61,207 nucleotides of DNA, filler included, from Aduncisulcus paluster (GCA_024181965.1; 5 parts of 5 records of this genome joined end to end with filler, not necessarily neighbours in it); one strand, 5' to 3'; shown: positions 10,726 to 21,733, counted from the whole stretch's first letter. Notes: a model not told the origin generated them from the sequence alone. Translations and numbers: made by a program.

Positions 10726-12990
10726 TTACACTCCAAAAGTATTGCAAAGATAAATGGATACAGCTTTCATTACAGCTCGACATGGTTTAGCTCCCATTCT
10801 TATCATAGAAAGCCTTGCAAGAATACATCGAGAAAAAGCCTTCACATCTGCTGCTGATGGAGATTTTGAAATTTCAGAAGATGGAGATGGAATGTCTTCA
10901 AGAGTTCTAATTTTAGGTAACAATGAGAATCTTGGCAGGATATCTCCGAATTGGTTAACTCCTTCATCCAAACCACCCCACAGGGATAAGAAAGCGACTG
11001 TAACACTCACAGACCGATTAATACCTTGATCGCAGCATATTAATACCTTTTCACTGCGAGATATTGCCTTATGAACAATGTTAACCGCAATATCCATGAT
11101 TGGAATTAGATCTTTTCCACCTTTGTTTCCATCTCTTGATGATATATATACATAATTATCTGCTAACATTGAAACAGAGGAGAATGCAAATACACGCTGA
11201 CGTAACCTAACTGGACCGGACGAACAAGAGGAGACAACACTTGGCAAATGAGTTCGGGATTCTTCATCTCCAAACGCTTGATCTTTCTCAAAAACTATTT
11301 TTATATCCTTCTTATTTTTTATGACATGGTCAAGCATAATCTCGGCCCTGCATCTTGATCCAACATTGACAATATATGTATATTCTTTCGAAGACATTTC
11401 ACAACCTTCATCTCCGTGACTCCAACATGGAATAAAATTCTTTCCTATATTTATCACACTGCTTGCTCCAACAGAGAGATCCATTCCAGGTAATTTGCTG
11501 CAGCCAGTTCCTTGAATAATGAGGTTTTTCTTCACAATAGCCAACACGATCTTCCTAATTCTATCAGAAATCGACTCTGTAGACAATGAAGCTTGTAAAG
11601 AATGTCCTGAAATGGAAGAAATGGTGCAATCTTCGGTTCCAAATATTTGACCTCTGAACGTTCGAAATATTTCTGGTTTCAAACCTAAACTCCACGATTC
11701 CTCATCATCTCCTGCTCCTTGGATATAATAAAATGACAAGGATCTAAAAATAGCAGGTTGAGAGGAAGGAAATTTCCACACACAATACTCAGGATTCGGT
11801 GTGTATGTACTGGCATTTACACATACAACTGGACAGAATCCGCCAGCACGGAGGGATCTCACTGTGGCGATCATTCTCCATGGAACAACCGAGCGAGTAA
11901 GGACACTCTTTCTCCAGTCAGCACCATCTGGACGCTCACTCGAAGTCGGTGGAAGGCTGACGTGAGGTGACAATAACATATCTTGGGCATGTTGGAGCCA
12001 TTGTGGCTGGGCAATAAATAAAGGAACGAGAGGATGGGAGAGAGTTTTAATAATGCCATGGAGATCTGTTCTATCAAGCAAGGATTTAATTAGAGAGGGG
12101 AGAAGAGAACGGATGATGTCTCTCTCATGTTTGTTCACTGTTGGTGGGAAAAATGGAGGAATGATAAGAGGAATTGATTGCGAGGAATCATCTATTTTTG
12201 GAGCAAATGAGAAATAAGATTCAACCATCGATAAAAAGGGTTGATCATGAAAATATGACAATGGATCCTCAGGAACTATTGTTTTATCTTCTTTATATTG
12301 ATGTTTTTCTGCCTCCGATACCTCTTCCTCTTCTTCCTCTTCCTCATATTCAATACTATACTCATCAATATCTAATCCGAAGGAAGGTTCATGTTGATCG
12401 TCCCCAGAAACATAAGCAAAGCGTTGTTCGTCGGAAGATTCTAATCTAAGATCTATTTCTTGGCCATCAGAAGATATTTCAGTGTGAGAATCGGATTTAA
12501 CAAGTTCGAATACTTTCTCGGGGGATAGTTGCTTTTGAATTATAATGGATGCACAGTTTAAAACACAACACCATATTGGAATGGTTTTGGAGAAAGAATC
12601 GGGCAAAAACTTGCCCCCTCGAGTAATATCGACAAGAGCAAACCCACTCCGTTGGTACGCTAACAAATGAAAATTAAGTCTAGATAATGAAAAATTCCAG
12701 GTTCCATAATGTCCATCGGTACTCTTAAAATATGAATGATTTGATTTTGCTTTCAATTTTGAAGAAATTGGATTGTACCAAGATCCCGCTCTTTGATTGA
12801 AGATTATTGGGAGGTGATTTAGTTCTTCAGCGATCTTTTTTATAAATAAACTATCTTTTTCAATGGATAACAATCTGTTATAAATACCAAGGTGATCTTT
12901 GTCTATTTCACGACGGACCGAAAATAAACTAGTTTTAATTGAATCTTCATCGCATATATCCTTTTTTGACGATTTTAAATTGGTGATCAT
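10726..12990 (-). CDS. RIT1: Initiator tRNA A64-2'-O-ribosylphosphate transferase (Rit1 family)
   Basis: Motifs IYNRLLSI..D, NQRAGSWY, YFKSTDGH.GTWNFSLSRLN, VDITRGGK.LPDSFSKTIPIWCCVLN, YIQGAGDDEESWSLGL; C-terminal DSP-like VLICCDQG..RSV; first ATG at 12990. Confidence 0.9.
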   Translation of the reverse strand: MITNLKSSKKDICDEDSIKTSLFSVRREIDKDHLGIYNRLLSIEKDSLFIKKIAEELNHLPIIFNQRAGSWYNPISSKLKAKSNHSYFKSTDGHYGTWNFSLSRLNFHLLAYQRSGFALVDITRGGKFLPDSFSKTIPIWCCVLNCASIIIQKQLSPEKVFELVKSDSHTEISSDGQEIDLRLESSDEQRFAYVSGDDQHEPSFGLDIDEYSIEYEEEEEEEEVSEAEKHQYKEDKTIVPEDPLSYFHDQPFLSMVESYFSFAPKIDDSSQSIPLIIPPFFPPTVNKHERDIIRSLLPSLIKSLLDRTDLHGIIKTLSHPLVPLFIAQPQWLQHAQDMLLSPHVSLPPTSSERPDGADWRKSVLTRSVVPWRMIATVRSLRAGGFCPVVCVNASTYTPNPEYCVWKFPSSQPAIFRSLSFYYIQGAGDDEESWSLGLKPEIFRTFRGQIFGTEDCTISSISGHSLQASLSTESISDRIRKIVLAIVKKNLIIQGTGCSKLPGMDLSVGASSVINIGKNFIPCWSHGDEGCEMSSKEYTYIVNVGSRCRAEIMLDHVIKNKKDIKIVFEKDQAFGDEESRTHLPSVVSSCSSGPVRLRQRVFAFSSVSMLADNYVYISSRDGNKGGKDLIPIMDIAVNIVHKAISRSEKVLICCDQGINRSVSVTVAFLSLWGGLDEGVNQFGDILPRFSLLPKIRTLEDIPSPSSEISKSPSAADVKAFSRCILARLSMIRMGAKPCRAVMKAVSIYLCNTFGV

Positions 12991-13020
12991 AAATAGTGGT
13001 TCAGTATAACTGGCCAAAGT

Positions 13021-13106
13021 TGCAGTTCAGATGATCTGGTCGGCCCACTAAGCTGTTGGCAACAGTGAGTCACTGCCAGTGATATGTGATCATGAATCAT
13101 GCTGCA
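13021..13106 (-). ncRNA. Candidate small structured RNA (C/D-box-like) complementary to the 18S rRNA 5' end
   Basis: TGCAG/CTGCA terminal stem, ATGATCA box-C-like and CTGA box D on minus strand, internal hairpin, two segments antisense to the conserved 18S 5' end. Confidence 0.3.
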
Positions 13107-13403
13107 TGATCTTAGTCAAACGCTGAAAAGACATAATTCAAAATGTTTTATTTCTTTTCGCAAGCGCAGAGTTGCCGTGGAAAAAAGAGATGTATGAAAA
13201 TAAAGAAATTTTGTCGTAGAATTGAATTCAATCTGAAGAACTTCCCATTAAAATTTAAATGTGGAAGGTTTTATGCTTTAAGCAACTATCAAAAACTCAT
13301 TTGTGAGCAATTGGCTTCTCAGTGAACAGATAGTCCCTGAGCTCCTTGTCGAAAACGGGATCATGACGGCGGATCCATTCAATGACCATAGCGGCATGCT
13401 CTT

Positions 13404-13503
13404 NNNNNNNNNNNNNNNNNNNNNNNNNNNNNNNNNNNNNNNNNNNNTTAATTAATTAANNNNNNNNNNNNNNNNNNNNNNNNNNNNNNNNNNNNNNNNN
13501 NNN
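13404..13503. other. Artificial contig linker
   Basis: N44-TTAATTAATTAA-N44 (stops in all six frames). Confidence 0.97.
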
Positions 13504-13910
13504 ATCCAACTCTTAGAGGAATTGAAGATGCTGTATTATTTGTTAAGAAACTCTCTTCTCTATTGACCAATGGATTGACCCCTAAGCTCTCCAGTTCTCC
13601 CCTTTTCAAAACCCTTTTGACCATTGATGATGGCAAGTACGAACCTGTTCATAAAATATTTGATGAAGTATTCACAGGTCTCACTCTGCTTGATGTTGAC
13701 AAACGCATGAGTGTGCATGAAGCTCGTGTGAAAGTCCAATGCATCAAACCTTTCCTTCCCACGATTGGCGAAGACTATGACTGTCCAAGCATTGAAGCCA
13801 TTATCCGTGAGCAACGCAAGAAGTATGGTGGCTCTGTTGGAACCATTGAAGGAATGAGATGTGGTGTTGCTGGTGTTGAGCATGAGGAAGGTTGGGATCA
13901 GAGTCAGTGA
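13504..13910 (+). CDS. C-terminal fragment of a protein kinase-like gene (5' cut by contig end)
   Basis: LTLLDVDKRMSVHEA resembles kinase subdomain XI; frame open from contig start. Confidence 0.5.
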
Positions 13911-14804
13911 GTGATGTGGAAAGGTTCTGATGTAAGATTTTATTCTTACTGGAACAATTTGAGAGAAGAGTTCATTTCAAGCTGAAGTTGATTGTTGAAC
14001 ATCATGTCAATGCCATTGGCATTGAGAGAAAAAGGAACTTCTGTTTATTTATTGGACGTAACAGGTTCTCGCTAAATTTTTAAACACTAGGATTTTACGA
14101 TAAATTGTTTCAGTAAAATTGGGTTTAATTTGCGAGATTTTTGGGTGTTTTTTGGCTGAAAGAACTAAAAGCTTAGGTGACTGCCCTTGCTCTTTGGTTC
14201 TTTCTTTTGGATTGTTGGCGGCGGCTGGGCACCGAACCACAGGATTAAATTCCAGCTGTAAGACGATATACAAGTCGCTTCTCTTATGCACAGGCCTCTT
14301 CCAAGCCCACATAGAAGGGTAGATACCCATCTACGTGATCTAGCAGCCTGCTTCGAGTAAAACAAAACAATACGATACAATGTATCGATACATTATCATC
14401 CCATCTTAGGAATCAGACATGAACACATCAATATCGAGAACAAAATTCCAACTTGGAATGCTTCAAGCATGATACTGAAGTACATGAACTTCATGTTTAC
14501 GGCGTAAAACGATCAAACAAATCTCAGCATCGTTTGGGCAAAGAACACGCATATAATGGAACAAAAGCGGGATAAAATATATTATTCTCAATGAATATCT
14601 TGGTTTTTATATTTCACCATCTCCTGTAAAAAATGTGATTGTGATAAACTTCATTCGATTCAGCTGTGGTGATTGTTGAAGATATCTTTTTTTTTTTTTT
14701 TTTTTTTTCTCTTAACGGTACAATCTTTAATTCTTTTATACCAAAACCATAATACTTTTTTTCTTTAGTACATAATAGTTATAGTACAGTCAAGATAGAC
14801 ATTC

Positions 14805-15476
14805 TTATTTGCCAACGATAGCCCTATCCATGGAACTCCCGTACCGCTTTGTCTTCTTCATCCCTTCCTTGAGAGCATATGACACTCTGACAACCTGTTC
14901 AGCAATACATTGTCCGTTGATCATTTCAAGGGCTTTATCAGCGGCAGAGAAGGATTCAAAAATAACGAAGCCATATCCTTTTGAAGTTCCATTCTCCTCA
15001 CGAGGAATCTGAATATCTTCAATCTTTCCAAATGACTTGAATACACCAAATAAATCAGCTTCTCGGACAGATGGTGAAAGATTTCCAATATGTAGTTTTG
15101 CTCTTGATGATTGACCTTCAATGGCACTGTCGGCACTCTTGATTCGCATCGGTTTTCCATATAATTCAATCTCATTCATGATTAATGCCGCATAATCAGC
15201 ATCTTTCTTATGCCGAAACTCAATAAAACCATACCCTCGACGCTGACCAGTTACTCGATCAATGGGAAGATTTACATTAACTTAATAATAAAATTCAAGG
15301 TAGAAATATAATGTTTAGCATTAATACATCGATAAATTAATGATACAAATTGATTTAAGCTCAAGAAATCCATTAAACTTCAACAACATACCTACTGGTG
15401 CTGCTTGAAGAAATAATTCATATAGTATATCTTCATCAACTCTCGTGTCTAAATTATTTACGAAAAGCTTTGACAT
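14805..15476 (-). CDS. SF3B4: Splicing factor 3B subunit 4 (Hsh49/SAP49), two RRMs; exons 15476-15392 and 15280-14805
   Basis: Spliced translation MSKLFVNNLDTRVDEDILYELFLQAAPV|VNVNLPIDRVTGQRRGYGFIEF..DADYAALIMNEIELYGKPMRI; intron 15281-15391 GTATGT..AAG restores frame. Confidence 0.88.
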
Positions 15477-15669
15477 AATTATACACTGCGTTCAAAACAT
15501 GATTTCAATCGAAAAGTTTTCACTCAAGTTGAGTTGACTCTTGTTGTGAGGTATTATGTCTTGAAAAAATTGCGAAATCCATCTGTTGATTGTAATTTTT
15601 AAGTGTATTTTTGTTTTTATTACCTCCTGCTACAGGGATTACCGAATTGTTTCTGCCCTTTCTTCAAGA

Positions 15670-16007
15670 TCATCTGAGGATAGCAGATGGTTCTTTGGCT
15701 CTTTCAATAATCTTAAATATACAAATAAACTGAGTAAATAATTAAAAACATCATAAAGCCTCAAGAATGAACAAATTTAGAAACATACTAATTTTTTCCC
15801 TAAAAAGTTAAAACCATCCAATTTAGACATGACCAAAGATGCTGTTCCTTCGTCTTGAAATGAAACAAAAGCACATCCCCTTAAACCCTTCTTCGCACAA
15901 CGAATACCAATAACTACGCCATATGTTTGAAATAAAAAATATAAATTATTTAAAAGATCCTTTTTGCCTACTTTATCATTTAAATTTTTTACAAACACTG
16001 TGCTCAT
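15670..16007 (-). CDS. U1A/U2B''-family single-RRM snRNP protein; exons 16007-15789 and 15711-15670
   Basis: TVFVKNLNDKVGKKDLLNNLYFLFQTYG..LRGCAFVSF..LDGFNFLGKKL|IIERAKEPS; intron 15712-15788 GTATGT..AAG. Confidence 0.8.
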
Positions 16008-16697
16008 AAAGTGGATGGTGACAAAAGATCAGCAGGAATCCCAGTTGGCAACTTCACTGAACAACTTGAAGTGAAATCTACAATTTAAAATTAGTAATTC
16101 TTGCAATACTTTGACTCGGTTTTATTTTTTTAATGTCAAAATGAGCCATGATCATGGATTTTTCAAAAATTACAAAAACCAAGTTACTAACTTCAATTTT
16201 AGTAACTGGAAGGATTGCTTGTCCCAGATACAGGCTGTGGACAGCACTTGTAGGAGTGAATGTGCGACGGGCTGCTCTCACAGCGATCTGTTTTCTTGGA
16301 GCCATTTTAGATTTCAATGTCTGATGGATAGATTCCAAAAATAAAATTGATGTCAAACGAAATACCATACAAACAGGGTACACAGTTCATATGAAACATA
16401 CATTGTCTTGTTGTTCAAACGGAAATATTTTGACAAAAAACAGAAATACCGGCATTTTCCCCGGCGGTACCGGAAAACATACTATGTTGCATTGAATGCC
16501 ACCGTTTATATACCTTTTATTGGAAATGATGTGTTTACCGTATAAACGTGACGTTTTGGAATATGAATAGACAAATGCAAGATGTTTTAGAATAAAGGCT
16601 TTACTTTTCGTGAACATGAAACGTTCCAAGATTTAATCTTGAAGATTACGTAAATAATACCACGTTTTGAGACCATCGTCTAAGACGTGAAACATTG

Positions 16698-17246
16698 TTA
16701 CAGTATCATACAACGACATTCATCACTTCTCTTGGGATCACACTCGAATATAAGCCCGTTTAAATGGTTTTTTGAGAGGTCACCATTATATGTAGACATG
16801 ATCTCAATTTTACAGGAAACAACATGGGCAAGATCGACAGGGAATTGTTGCCAAAAGTAATGAGGCCCACCATCCGGCTTTTCCATCCAGTATACCTTGG
16901 TAATGGCCTCTTCTTTATCACTAAACATATTTGGTCTAACCATGAAAGTAACCTTGAAGTCTTTGATACCCCATGGCCAACTGTGAAGGCTCATAAAGAA
17001 CGAACTAATATATTCCGATTGAAAAAAAGGAAGGAACAATTTAGATTTGAAGTAAAGTTCTCTTTTCCCTTGTAGGAACCCTGTTAATTCGTCCTTTCCA
17101 TCAGCGTGCGTAAAATCACCATAAGTTTTGCTCTCATCAATTTTGGCCACACGAGGATCTTCAGAGGGATATGGGTTATCTGCAAAAAGACGGCCTCCCC
17201 TCCAATCGGTCCCAAGATCAACAACAGTTTTACCAAAAAACGGCAT
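16698..17246 (-). CDS. Lineage-specific expanded family protein (beta-sandwich-like), copy 1
   Basis: Paralog of 17519-18091: shared GIKDF.VTF, ITK.Y.M, FWQ.FP.D...V.SC.I. Confidence 0.75.
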   Translation of the reverse strand: MPFFGKTVVDLGTDWRGGRLFADNPYPSEDPRVAKIDESKTYGDFTHADGKDELTGFLQGKRELYFKSKLFLPFFQSEYISSFFMSLHSWPWGIKDFKVTFMVRPNMFSDKEEAITKVYWMEKPDGGPHYFWQQFPVDLAHVVSCKIEIMSTYNGDLSKNHLNGLIFECDPKRSDECRCMIL

Positions 17247-17518
17247 TATGTATCAAGTGTATAAATATATTGTGCAAGGAAAAAAACAGAAATAATTTCT
17301 GAATCTTGCAACCATCCCAAAAATAGAAATGTGAGGGCCAATCCCAAGTTAACCTCTCCAGGCCGCATAAAACAATCGTATTAGTTGTAAGACACGAAAA
17401 TGAGTTGTGTTAGAAAATAATAATCGGAAATAAACCATTAATATCGCAGTGAAACGTCAAAATTCAAAGAAATGAGGATCAAAGAAATGATCAATATTTT
17501 GATCATCAAGATCAACTT

Positions 17519-18091
17519 CTACAACCATGGCAACATCGACAATCGTTCAATGGTTGCAAGTTCATCCTTTTTGGCGGCTTTCATTTTCTCTCGCTTCTTG
17601 TCAATCACAAATCGAATCCCATGCAAATTAATAAAATCTTGTTTTCCATCCCATGACGATATAACATGAATATCACAAGAAATAACATTATCAATATCTA
17701 TTGGGAACTCTTGCCAGAAAAAATGATTTGGTGGCATCTCTCCCATTTGATATTCTTTTGTAATCTTCTTTCCATCTGATGTTGTGAATGTAACATTGAA
17801 ATCTTTGATTCCATGAGGAAAACTATGCTGACTTACAACAAACTTACTGAGATAATGTCGTGTAATAAATGGGAGATGTAAATTGGGATTGAAAAAGATG
17901 TAAACTTCACCTCTTAAGAACTTCAATAAAGTAGAATAATTATCATCAAAAGAATAATCCCCATATGCTTTAGCCCCATCTATTTCAGAAAGATCTGGAT
18001 GACCGACAGGGTAGGGGCCATTGTACACGTCACCGTCCCAATCATTACCTAAATCTTCAATACATTTGCCAATAATTCTCATCACAAACAA
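17519..18091 (-). CDS. Lineage-specific expanded family protein, copy 2 (C-terminal ERLSMLPW)
   Basis: 190-aa ORF paralogous to its neighbours and, more distantly, to 53019-54110. Confidence 0.75.
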   Translation of the reverse strand: MFVMRIIGKCIEDLGNDWDGDVYNGPYPVGHPDLSEIDGAKAYGDYSFDDNYSTLLKFLRGEVYIFFNPNLHLPFITRHYLSKFVVSQHSFPHGIKDFNVTFTTSDGKKITKEYQMGEMPPNHFFWQEFPIDIDNVISCDIHVISSWDGKQDFINLHGIRFVIDKKREKMKAAKKDELATIERLSMLPWL

Positions 18092-18922
18092 TAGTACAAC
18101 TATGGATTATCCAATATCAAATTAAGTAGAATAATAAACACCAATAACCTTCCAATTGCAAGGAAAAGCACGTTTTTATAATTGTCTTGGAATAGAACAA
18201 TAATATCCAAAATCGATGTTTCTTATCATTATTAATATGCATACATAATAATAAATCATTTATTTTGTAAACACAGATGATCTCCAAATAAGGCGTACTC
18301 AGACATTATTGACATTATTGACAATACAGCGATATAAACATGAAAGTGACAATATACACATGGTATCCATCATATCTCAAGACATGACAGGAAGTAATGG
18401 TTCATACAATATGATTGTTATCAGGAAAGAAGTTGTATTCAATCCTTCAAGGACACAGGTAACGATGATATGAAGCATCAGCTATAACCACGGCAACATC
18501 GATAATCGTTCAATGGTTGCAAGTTCATGCTCTTTGGCGGCTTTCNNNNNNNNNNNNNNNNNNNNAGTAGAATAATAAACACCAATAACCTTCCAATTGC
18601 AAGGAAAAGCACGTTTTTATAATTGTCTTGGAATAGAACAATAATATCCAAAATCGATGTTTCTTATCATTATTAATATGCATACATAATAATAAATCAT
18701 TTATTTTGTAAACACAGATGATCTCCAAATAAGGCGTACTCAGACATTATTGACATTATTGACAATACAGCGATATAAACATGAAAGTGACAATATACAC
18801 ATGGTATCCATCATATCTCAAGACATGACAGGAAGTAATGGTTCATACAATATGATTGTTATCAGGAAAGAAGTTGTATTCAATCCTTCAAGGACACAGG
18901 TAACGATGATATGAAGCATCAG

Positions 18923-19240
18923 CTATAACCACGGCAACATCGATAATCGTTCAATGGTTGCAAGTTCATGCTCTTTGGCGGCTTTCATTTTCTCTTGTTT
19001 CTTGTCAATCACGAATCAAATGGAACACAAACTAATTGCTATTTGTTTTCCATCCCATGACGATATAACATGAATATCACAAGAAATAACATTAGCAAGA
19101 TCTATAGGAAACTCTTGCCAGAAAAAATGCTCTGGAGGCATCTCTCCCATTTGATATTCTTTTGTTATCTTCTTGCCATCTGATGTTGTGAATGTGGCAT
19201 CGAAATCTTTGATTCCATATCGGCGACTATGATGACTTAA
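18923..19240 (-). pseudogene. Copy 3 of the same family, 5' half lost at retrotransposon junction, CGA>TGA nonsense
   Basis: Near-identical to the 3' half of 17519-18091; ATT TGA TTC replaces ATT CGA TTT; homology ends at ~19240. Confidence 0.8.
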
Positions 19241-21540
19241 GGTATTTTGCCTGAGTTCGGTCTTGAGCTGAACTGCGACAAGACTATCTATGTTCCTCTG
19301 GCCCCGGGAGCTCTTCCGGCAACAACAGAGGAGGATGACTTTGTCGTGGAACGGTGCCATGATGTTATGGGGGTGTCAATCTCATCTGATGAAGAGATTG
19401 CATCTCAAGCAGCTGTCAATTCCTTGAAGCTGTTACGACATCTGAGTTCTTGGACTTGCAACCATTTCACTATGTATTCGAGACTGTGATTCTCAAACAA
19501 TTCTCTTATCTCATCCAATATTCATCAATCCCCGATGATGAACTGATACGATGAACACTGCACTTTCCAATCTTTGGTCTAATAAGCTTAAGATTGAGAT
19601 CCCTTCCACCCGTCTTGCCTTGCCTCTTGAGAAAGGAGGGCTTCGTTGTCATATGCCATTGTATGACAGGGATACTCTCAAACTAAGGTCCTTAAAACAT
19701 CTTGCAAGAGATGTCAGAGGGGTCTTTCCATCAGGAATAGGTGCATTCTTGAAAAACCTGCAAGCAAGCGATCCGAGTAAGCATTTCATGGATTTATTAC
19801 ATACAGCTGCATGGGTGGAGTTCCTTTTGTCCGACCCGGGGTTCGTAGATACTTCTCAGGAAATGGAGCATGATGAGACAAGAGATGAGAATGAGGATGA
19901 GAATGAGGTACAGAGCCCAGCCACCTCTGGCGAACAATCTGAAATTATGACAGGTCCTCCGGGACTTGATGTGGAGAATGATGTGAGTAGTAGCGGCCAG
20001 GACTCGCATCACTCATCGCCTCCTGATCCTCCGGGTGAGGGAACATCCACTATTGTGAGAGACTCTCATATTGAAACTGTCTCTGGTGATCGATTGAAAC
20101 GGAGATCCTGGAGTGGTACTGAAACCGAGCGAGTTCTTGCCTGCTGGGTTTACTGCTCAAGGCGATATCCCTGATAATATTTTTGAGCCTGACTTCTCCT
20201 TTATGGAGGATGGGGGTCAGAGATTTGAATCAACAATTGGTAAACTGAGGGAGTTACAACATGAGTGGCTTCAAAAGGAAACGGTCAGACTGATCAATGA
20301 GAGTGATCTACCAGCTAGAGATAAGGCCTCTGCAATCAATACGATACCGCAGGCGGGGACTAAGTTTCATCCTATCTGCCATTATTTGAAACGAAATCCA
20401 ACCCGTATCTTTAAGCTATCCAACTTGCATTTTAGAGCCCTAATTAAGAGTTTTACTGGTACTGGGCTTTCTTACATATCCCTGGACACATGCCCTCATT
20501 GTCATGCAAAGAACCCATCTGCGCGTCACGGTGAAGTATGTACTGGGGCTGCTAAGGGAGCATGGATCCGGTGGCACAATTATGTTGTGAAAGCTCTTGC
20601 GGAGTTCATGGATACTGTTGGCGGACTTGAAACCTTCATTGAGACAAAGCCTAGTCTTGACCCTGACAAAGTGTACAAACGTCCGGATATTCTTGCTGTG
20701 GACCTGGGCAAGAATTCTGATCTAATCCAGACTGTGTTCGATGTTCAGATTACTGCCAACTCTCGGCTGATCGATAAGGCTCGAAATCCTTCCACGGATT
20801 TGACTTATCACAAATCTGACACCCAGAGATATCGTGTCACCGATATTTCAGAAGACAAAAAACTGAAGGACTACAAGAATTACCGTGATCAAATAAGTGA
20901 CACCTCTTCGTTGGTACCAGCTTCTGCCATTCAAGTTGGTGACCTTCCAGATAGGGCCCAAGACACGCCTGGTTCTTGTGATGCTCCCATTGTCCCTGAT
21001 AGTTCTATTGGGGGTAATGGAAGTGGTCTTGATACTTCTTCCCCTATGGAACCATCTCACAATCCCAACTCTGATGAGGATAGTGGGGGTGGTCCTGATC
21101 CTGGTCAGCCTACACTGACTGAAAGGGAGGCAGAGAATCGCCAACGTGTTGGTAGCCCTTCTGCTTCCCAAGACTCCCAGGGATCGAATCATAACGGCTC
21201 TTCTCGTAAGCGGCCTGTTGTGCATGTTGACCTAAGGTCACTGATTGGAAAGCGTTTTAATATTATTCCTTTTGTCCTTTCCTCTTCAGGTGTCATGGGT
21301 CGTCGTGCTGCCTCCTTCCTTGGAAAATTCATCTTTGACTATGGTAAGAAGTCGGTGAGGGTATTTGTGCCCAATGGCGCGCAAGTGCTGTTTATGAGCC
21401 ACCTCAGTCGGCTACTGATGCGTCTTGCCATGGCTATTGCCGGCCGGGGTGCGGAATGTGATCTTTCTGTTATAACCAGACATAATAATGTCAATGGTTT
21501 TAGTCGCTTCCGTGAAAGGGATAAATGGGCCATTTGATTT
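19241..21540 (+). mobile_element. 5'-truncated, frameshifted RLE-type non-LTR retrotransposon (CRE/NeSL/R2-like)
   Basis: RT end FGLELNCDKT; LPLEKGGL; zinc knuckle CPHC..HGEVC; WHN..VKAL; KRPDI...FDVQI endonuclease; K..DY; IPFVLSSSGVMG; three frames. Confidence 0.85.
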
Positions 21541-21733
21541 TGATAGTATGGCGCAAGATAAAATACAAATGGTAAAAAATGTTATGAAACGTTCACGTAA
21601 TCAATATTTTATTCATTTTCCTCTATCATACTTCCAACGGTCCGGCCACGACAGTTTGGCAAGAACTCTTTTGCTCTTCTGAAGAGCCTGCCGTGAAGCT
21701 CGCCGATTGCCATCACTGGATATGTAGCCCACT

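Noticed and set aside
13448-13459. TTAATTAATTAA motif occurring four times
   Set aside because: Synthetic linker between N runs
21633-21720. Canonical SECIS element
   Set aside because: No AA at 11-13 nt from the UGA core and the apical region is too large; kept only as a structured UTR
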